From Longimicrobium sp. (GTDB lineage: Bacteria; Gemmatimonadota; Gemmatimonadetes; Longimicrobiales; Longimicrobiaceae): a stretch of 64,000 nt of DNA. Location: contig NZ_DASVSF010000108.1 of the NCBI RefSeq assembly GCF_036388275.1, forward strand, positions 13,626-77,625, written 5' to 3'. Positions 59,196-64,000 of the stretch are shown here, in pieces. How positions within the stretch are numbered: the stretch's first letter is position 1; every line of letters starts with the position of its first letter. Below the pieces are notes generated by a model. That model saw nothing but the letters and a program-made list of their open reading frames with translations. It was not told the DNA's origin and did not search any database. The position numbers were made by a program, and so were the translations under genes.

Positions 59196-60074
59196 ATGGC
59201 GCGATCCTACCTGAAGCCCGCCCTCTCACCGTCGGACCTGCTAGCCCATCTTCAGAACCGCGGGCTGCACGTCCCGGATCCCGTCCAGGCACTGCACGCG
59301 CTGGAGTACGTGGGGTACTACCGGCTCCTTATATACATGCGCCCGCTGCAGACGCCCGGGCCACCAAAGACGTTCGTCGCGGGAGCCCGGTTCGACGATG
59401 TGCTCTCGTTGTACGAGTTCGACCGGGAGCTGCGGCTGTTGTGCCTGGACGGGATTGAGCGGATCGAGGTAGCGCTTCGGGCAGCCATCGTAAACCAGGT
59501 CGCCGTCCAGCACGGTCCGCACTTTTTTCTGGAGCCTCAGAACTTCGAAAAGCTCGAGTACTTCGTGGAGTTCTTCCAGGCTGCGGCAAAGGCTCGGTAT
59601 CTAGGCGTTCAGCACTACCGGGAGCGGTACGACGATCCTCCGCTCGCTCCTGTATGGACGATCATGGAGGCACTCACGTACGGGCAGCTTTCACACCTCT
59701 TTTCGCGACTGGCGCTCGGTCATCGAAAGCAGATCGCGATTCGGTTCGGCTTCGACGAGTCGATCCTCGTTTCATGGTTCCGATCGCTGAACATGCTGCG
59801 CAACATGTGCGCGCACCACAACCGCCTGTGGAACTTTCAGATGCTGGTCGACCAGCCCAAGGCGGCCAAGCGGATGAGAAACGAGTTTCCCTCGACGGAC
59901 CGGTTCTACGCGCGAGCCGTGGTGCTCGCAACGCTTCTCGATGCCACGGGTCACGGGGCCGGCTGGCGCAGGCGGCTCGTGGAATTGGTCGATCGCTACC
60001 CGACCGTGCCAACGGCGAGCATGGGGTTTCCAGCCGATTGGAGAGCGCGTTCGTTCTGGGCGCAAGCCTGCTAA
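59196..60074 (+). CDS. Abi_2 family (AbiD/AbiF-like) abortive-infection protein
   Basis: YYRLLIYMRP..., ...SWFRSLNMLRNMCAHHNRLWN (RNxxAHHxRLWN HEPN-type Abi_2 signature). Confidence 0.85.
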   Translation: MARSYLKPALSPSDLLAHLQNRGLHVPDPVQALHALEYVGYYRLLIYMRPLQTPGPPKTFVAGARFDDVLSLYEFDRELRLLCLDGIERIEVALRAAIVNQVAVQHGPHFFLEPQNFEKLEYFVEFFQAAAKARYLGVQHYRERYDDPPLAPVWTIMEALTYGQLSHLFSRLALGHRKQIAIRFGFDESILVSWFRSLNMLRNMCAHHNRLWNFQMLVDQPKAAKRMRNEFPSTDRFYARAVVLATLLDATGHGAGWRRRLVELVDRYPTVPTASMGFPADWRARSFWAQAC

Positions 60075-60208
60075 CGGCATGGATAAACAGCAAACGATAG
60101 AGGTGCCCCCGGCGGTGGAGCTTCACGCGTGCGAAACAACGGAGCTCCGCCGATGCATGGGCGCCCGGGGGCTTCCCCCACACGCCCACCGCACCTGCCG
60201 AAGCCACC

Positions 60209-60558
60209 CGATGTCATCCCGATGGGGAGCGCCCCGGAAAACCTGCCTGTACACCAGGGATCGCAGCGACTGAGAGATCCGCCACACAGCGTGGAGCCGC
60301 TCACAGCCGCGGAGAGCGGTACCCGTTCTCTTCGCGGGCGCGCCGTCGCGCGTCGGCAGACGCGGCGTGGGTCCAAGTAAAGCCTCCCGGCCGTCTGCGA
60401 CGCTTTCCGCTGTTGTTGCGGCAGTTCCTGGTCCCCTTCAGGGCCCGGGCACAGCGGACGCGACGGCGCATGAGGCGATGTGTGTGGCAGATCCCTCAGT
60501 CGCTGCGAAGTTCGTCGTTTGGGCAGGTGCCCCTTGGCCGCTCCATCGGGATGACATC
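60209..60558. repeat. Inverted pair of Fam-A repeats (60209-60290 forward, 60480-60558 reverse)
   Basis: gatgtcatcccgatggggagcgcc...gcagcgactgagagatccgccacaca, and tgtgtggcagatccctcagtcgctgcg...ggccgctccatcgggatgacatc. Confidence 0.8.
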
Positions 60559-60560
60559 GC

Positions 60561-60620
60561 GGGTCCGCCTCACTCACGCACTCACGCACTCACGCACTCA
60601 CGCACTCACGCACTCACGCA
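60561..60620. repeat. Octanucleotide microsatellite (CACTCACG) x 7.5
   Basis: Perfect tandem array read directly, 16 nt downstream of the ppk1 stop codon. Confidence 0.95.
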
Positions 60621-60635
60621 CTCACGCACTTCCCC

Positions 60636-62906
60636 TCACACCGAAAGCTCCCACGGCCGCCCGCCCGCGGCGCGGCTGCGGGCCACCGCGTCGCGCATTA
60701 GCAGCTCCTGGTAGTTGATCTCGTCCTCGCCCGGCGCGGGGCGGCGCTGCACGTACTGGCCTTCGGAATCCAGGTCCCACGCCAGCCGATTGTCGCGCAG
60801 CGCCAGTTGCAGCACCTCGACCATCCGCTCGCGGAGCGCCGGGTCCAGCACGGGGACCATCGTCTCCACCCGCTCGTTCAGGTTGCGCCCCCGCCAGTCG
60901 GCGCTCCCCAGGAACAGCTCGGGGTCGCCGCCGTTCTCGAAATAGTAGATGCGGTCGTGCTCCAGGAAGCGGCCCAGGATGCTCACCACCCGGATGTTGT
61001 CGCTGTAGCCCGGCAGCCCAGGACGCAGCCGCGAGTGGCCGCGGACGATCAGGTCAATGCTCACCCCCGCCTGCGAGGCACGATACAGCGCCCGGATCAT
61101 CCCGAAGTCGTCCAGCGCGTTGAGCTTGGCGATGATGCGCCCGGTGCCGCCCGACTCCTGCACCCGGATCTCGCGGTCGATGCGCTCCTCGAACACCCGC
61201 CGCATGTCGCGCGGGGCCACCACCAGGCGGTCGTACTGCTGGTCGGGGGCGTAGCCGGTGAGGAAGTGAAAGAAGTTCACCAGGTCGCGGCCGATTTCCG
61301 AGTTCGCCGTCAGCAGCCCGAAGTCGGTGTAGGCGCGGGTGGTCTTCGCGTGGTAGTTGCCCGTTCCCACGTGGCAGTACGTGCGCGGCCGCCCCTCTTC
61401 CAGCCGCACCACCAGCGTCACCTTGGAGTGCGTCTTCAGCCCGACCAGCCCGTAGGTAACGTGCACGCCCACGTCTTCCATCATCTGCGCGCCGACGATG
61501 TTGTTGGCCTCGTCGAAGCGCGCCGTCACCTCCACCAGCACCGCCACCTGCTTTCCCCGCTCGGCCGCGCGCAGCAGCGCCTGCACCACGGGTGACTTCA
61601 CCCCGGTGCGGTACAGCGTCATCTTGATGGCCAGCACGTGCGGGTCGTCGGCCGCCTCTTCCACCAGCCGCTGCACGCTGGCGTTGAACGACTCGTACGG
61701 GTGGTGCACCAGCACGTCGCCGCGGCGCAGGATGGAAAAGACGTTGGCCTCGTCCTCCGTCTCGCCCTCGTGCTGCAGCGGCTCGGGGACCACCGGCTCC
61801 CACGGCTCGTAACGGAACTGCGGCAGGTCCAGCTCCGCCAGCGGCATGCACTCGGCGTGGTCGAGCATGTCGGCGGCCTCGTACACGTCCGACGGCTCCA
61901 GCTCCAGCTCGCGGATCAGCAGCTCGCGCACCTCGTCGGGCATTCCCCGCTCCACCTCCAGCCGCACCACGGGCGCAAACCGCCGCTCGCGCAGCTCCTC
62001 GGAAATCAGCGCCAGCAGGTCTTCGGCCTCGTCGTCGTCGCGGTCGACGTCGGCGTTGCGCGTGACGCGAAAGGCGCTGGCCGCTACCACCTCCATCCCT
62101 GGAAACAGCGCGCCCACGTTGGCCTGCACCACCTGCTCGACCGGGACGAAGTGGTGCTTGTGCGGGGAGTTGGGCACGGGCACCCAGCGACCCTGCGTCG
62201 TAGGCACCTTCAGACGGGCGAAGTGCATGGTGTTGCGCGCCGCGTGGCGCATCAGCACCGCCAGGGAAAGGCTGAGATTGGAGATGAAAGGAAAGGGGTG
62301 CCCCGGATCCACCGCCAGCGGGGTGAGCACCGGGTAGATGTTGTCGCGGAAGTACCGCGTCAGCCCGGCGCGCTGCTCGGCGTCCAGCTCGGCCCAGTCG
62401 GAGACGGCCACGTCGGCCTCGGCGCGCAGCCGCGGGCGCAGCTCGTGGTCCCAGGCCGTGGCGAGGGCCGCGTACATCTCGGCCGCCGCCTCGGCCACCA
62501 GGGCCAGCTGCTCGCCGGGGGTGCGGCCGTCCAGCGAGAGCGTCTGCACGCCGGCGATCAGCTGCCGCTTGAGCCCGCCCACCCGCTTCTGGAAGAACTC
62601 GTCGAGGTTGCCGCTGGTGATGGCCAGGAACCGCACGCGCTCCAGCAGGGGCGTGCGTTCGTCGCGCGCCTGGTGCAGCACCCGCCAGTTGAAGTCCAGC
62701 AGCCCCAGCTCGCGGTTGAAGTAGAGCGAGGGGTGCTCCAGCTCCGCACCCGGGGGAACGGGCTGCGGCTTCACGGCGCGCGAGGGTGCCCCGGGCGCGG
62801 CCTCGTCGTGCTCGCCGGGGCCGACGGCGCGCAGGGCGGGCCGCCCGCCTGGAGGCGTTGGTTCGGGGGTGGCGGCGGGGGCCGCGGGCGTTTCTTCGGC
62901 GCGCAT
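60636..62906 (-). CDS. ppk1: Polyphosphate kinase 1
   Basis: PSLYFNRELGLLDFNWRVLHQARDERTPLLERVRFLAITSGNLDEFF, plus two PLD-like HKD regions (LKTHSKVTLVVR...). The start was chosen at the ATG at 62906 and is uncertain; the ORF extends to 63152. Confidence 0.9.
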   Translation of the reverse strand: MRAEETPAAPAATPEPTPPGGRPALRAVGPGEHDEAAPGAPSRAVKPQPVPPGAELEHPSLYFNRELGLLDFNWRVLHQARDERTPLLERVRFLAITSGNLDEFFQKRVGGLKRQLIAGVQTLSLDGRTPGEQLALVAEAAAEMYAALATAWDHELRPRLRAEADVAVSDWAELDAEQRAGLTRYFRDNIYPVLTPLAVDPGHPFPFISNLSLSLAVLMRHAARNTMHFARLKVPTTQGRWVPVPNSPHKHHFVPVEQVVQANVGALFPGMEVVAASAFRVTRNADVDRDDDEAEDLLALISEELRERRFAPVVRLEVERGMPDEVRELLIRELELEPSDVYEAADMLDHAECMPLAELDLPQFRYEPWEPVVPEPLQHEGETEDEANVFSILRRGDVLVHHPYESFNASVQRLVEEAADDPHVLAIKMTLYRTGVKSPVVQALLRAAERGKQVAVLVEVTARFDEANNIVGAQMMEDVGVHVTYGLVGLKTHSKVTLVVRLEEGRPRTYCHVGTGNYHAKTTRAYTDFGLLTANSEIGRDLVNFFHFLTGYAPDQQYDRLVVAPRDMRRVFEERIDREIRVQESGGTGRIIAKLNALDDFGMIRALYRASQAGVSIDLIVRGHSRLRPGLPGYSDNIRVVSILGRFLEHDRIYYFENGGDPELFLGSADWRGRNLNERVETMVPVLDPALRERMVEVLQLALRDNRLAWDLDSEGQYVQRRPAPGEDEINYQELLMRDAVARSRAAGGRPWELSV

Positions 62907-63431
62907 GGGTTCGGTCAGTGTCACGAGGGCCGCGACGCCGCGGCCGGCTACTGGTTCACCCCGCGGCATGGGCGCCGGTTCCGTGCCGGGGAGTGCGGCG
63001 GCGCATCTCGCCGCCAGGATCGTTACAAATGGACGCATCCGGCGCGGCGCGATAAAAAGGGATGCGGGACGAACGTTTCCAGCGTAGAATCCCCGGTCCA
63101 CGCGGTCCCGGCGGCGGATGCCGAGCACGGGAATCCGGATTTCCGCGCCCATGATGACGCACGTAAACGGCCACGCGTGGTCAAAAGTAGACAGCTGACC
63201 ACAAATCGGAGTTCACGCCCGTCCACACTGCACCCGCCACCGCCCGAACCGATTGTACGGGGGGTATTTAGGGGAGGCCGGGGTTGGTGCCCCGGCCTGT
63301 GAATGTGCGCTAAGTGTGCACCGTGTGCACCTTTACGGCACCTGCTGGCCCTTGCTTCGGGAAATGTTCGGTATTAGAATAGGTGGTAGGAACGGCGCCG
63401 ACAGCACTCGTGGTTCCACCCAGGATAGGGA

Positions 63432-63851
63432 ATGTCGAACATGAAGGACCAGACGAACAGTGATCCCCGAAGCGCCACGATCAAGCACCTGCGGGAGACG
63501 GCCGCGGGGCGCGTGGAGAACACCTCGTTGCGCAGCGTGGCGAGGGAGATCGGGATGAGCCCCACCGGGCTCAAGAAGTTCCTGCAGGGCACCGCCCCGT
63601 ACTCGCCCACGGTGCGACGGCTGCGCAACTGGTACGTGCAGTACGCGGCCAAGCTGGACCACGTGGTAGAGCGGCACGTGGCCTCGGCGGCGCTCTCGGT
63701 GCTCGTTCACGACCTGCCGCAGGCGTCGCGCGGGCAGACTGCCGCGTGCGTGCTGGACTGCGTGGGCCGGGGCTTCGTCGACCGCGGGCTGTCGCAGCCG
63801 GGGTGGGTCAACGAGCTGCGGCAGGAGTACGGGCCCGAGCACCTGGCCTGA
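63432..63851 (+). CDS. Hypothetical protein with N-terminal HTH-like segment (139 aa)
   Basis: SLRSVAREIGMSPTGLKKFLQG resembles a helix-turn-helix. No further family recognised. Confidence 0.5.
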   Translation: MSNMKDQTNSDPRSATIKHLRETAAGRVENTSLRSVAREIGMSPTGLKKFLQGTAPYSPTVRRLRNWYVQYAAKLDHVVERHVASAALSVLVHDLPQASRGQTAACVLDCVGRGFVDRGLSQPGWVNELRQEYGPEHLA

Positions 63852-63854
63852 GGC

Positions 63855-64000
63855 TCACGACGACGCCACGGGGCTGCCGCTCGCGGCCGGTTGGCCAAGC
63901 GGCGGCCGCCCCGCGTCGTCCTGCATCTTCTTGACACACCAGGCGCACCACACCATCGCCACCAGGGTGATGGCTGCCGCCGGGCCGCCCCACGCCCATC
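63855..64000 (-). CDS. Possible C-terminal end of a membrane protein entering from the right edge
   Basis: Hand translation of the minus strand: ...WAWGGPAAAITLVAMVWCAWCVKKMQDDAGRPPLGQPAASGSPVASS* (a TM helix then a charged tail). This is a different frame from the ORF-track entry 63808..63999. Confidence 0.3.
   Translation of the reverse strand, partial: WAWGGPAAAITLVAMVWCAWCVKKMQDDAGRPPLGQPAASGSPVASS

Noticed and set aside
60561-60620. Possible CRISPR array (this and the other regularly recurring repeats)
   Set aside because: The 8-bp units are contiguous with no spacers. The Fam-A to Fam-E repeats are dispersed, not regularly spaced with unique spacers, and no cas genes are present.
63808-63999. 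63-aa minus-strand ORF-track entry at the right edge
   Set aside because: Its composition is Gly/Arg/Pro noise. Another minus frame over the same DNA gives a plausible TM helix plus tail ending at 63855, and that frame is reported instead at low confidence.

Overview
High-GC (roughly 70-80% G+C on hand-counted lines) bacterial chromosomal fragment. It is gene-dense, and almost every intergenic gap holds one of several dispersed GC-rich repeat or hairpin families. The taxon cannot be established from the sequence; the repeat style and gene content fit a high-GC soil lineage such as Gemmatimonadota, but that is speculation. Housekeeping and envelope content includes a KaiC-like ATPase with a coupled receiver-like gene, an ABC transporter fragment, map, a PIG-L deacetylase and a TrmH-type methyltransferase. 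It also includes S8 and S9 peptidases, an SPFH protein, a TolC-MFP-RND efflux operon preceded by c-di-GMP signalling genes, and a dynamin-like GTPase. DUF1028, metzincin, DUF1343, EAL, a ChlI-like AAA+ ATPase, two ExbD genes and ppk1 complete the list. No rRNA, tRNA, CRISPR array, integrase or transposase was recognised. The most interesting part is an AT-richer accessory island at about 27.1-35.0 kb. Its right half (45-48% G+C on two counted lines) carries a tightly coupled three-gene operon: an SPPY amino-methyltransferase, a DUF262 (DGQQR-type, ParB-like) protein with no nuclease domain, and an Rx4H HEPN protein. I interpret this as a candidate uncharacterised restriction-modification / abortive-infection hybrid. 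The left half of the island is a ladder of cargo genes separated by decaying copies of the 3' end and terminator of one small gene. Other accessory signals are an Abi_2 (AbiD/F-like) gene behind a promoter-terminator leader, an AAA-wHTH-PD-(D/E)xK ATPase, and two small Cys-rich peptides (one leader/core-like, one secreted next to DsbA). There is also a permease-less ABC locus with an AT-rich inserted ORF, 8-bp microsatellites at gene 3' ends, and an apparent frameshift in the S9 peptidase. All family calls rest on motifs read by eye from the ORF track or hand translation; no database search was run. Coordinates of non-ORF features may be off by 1-2 nt.
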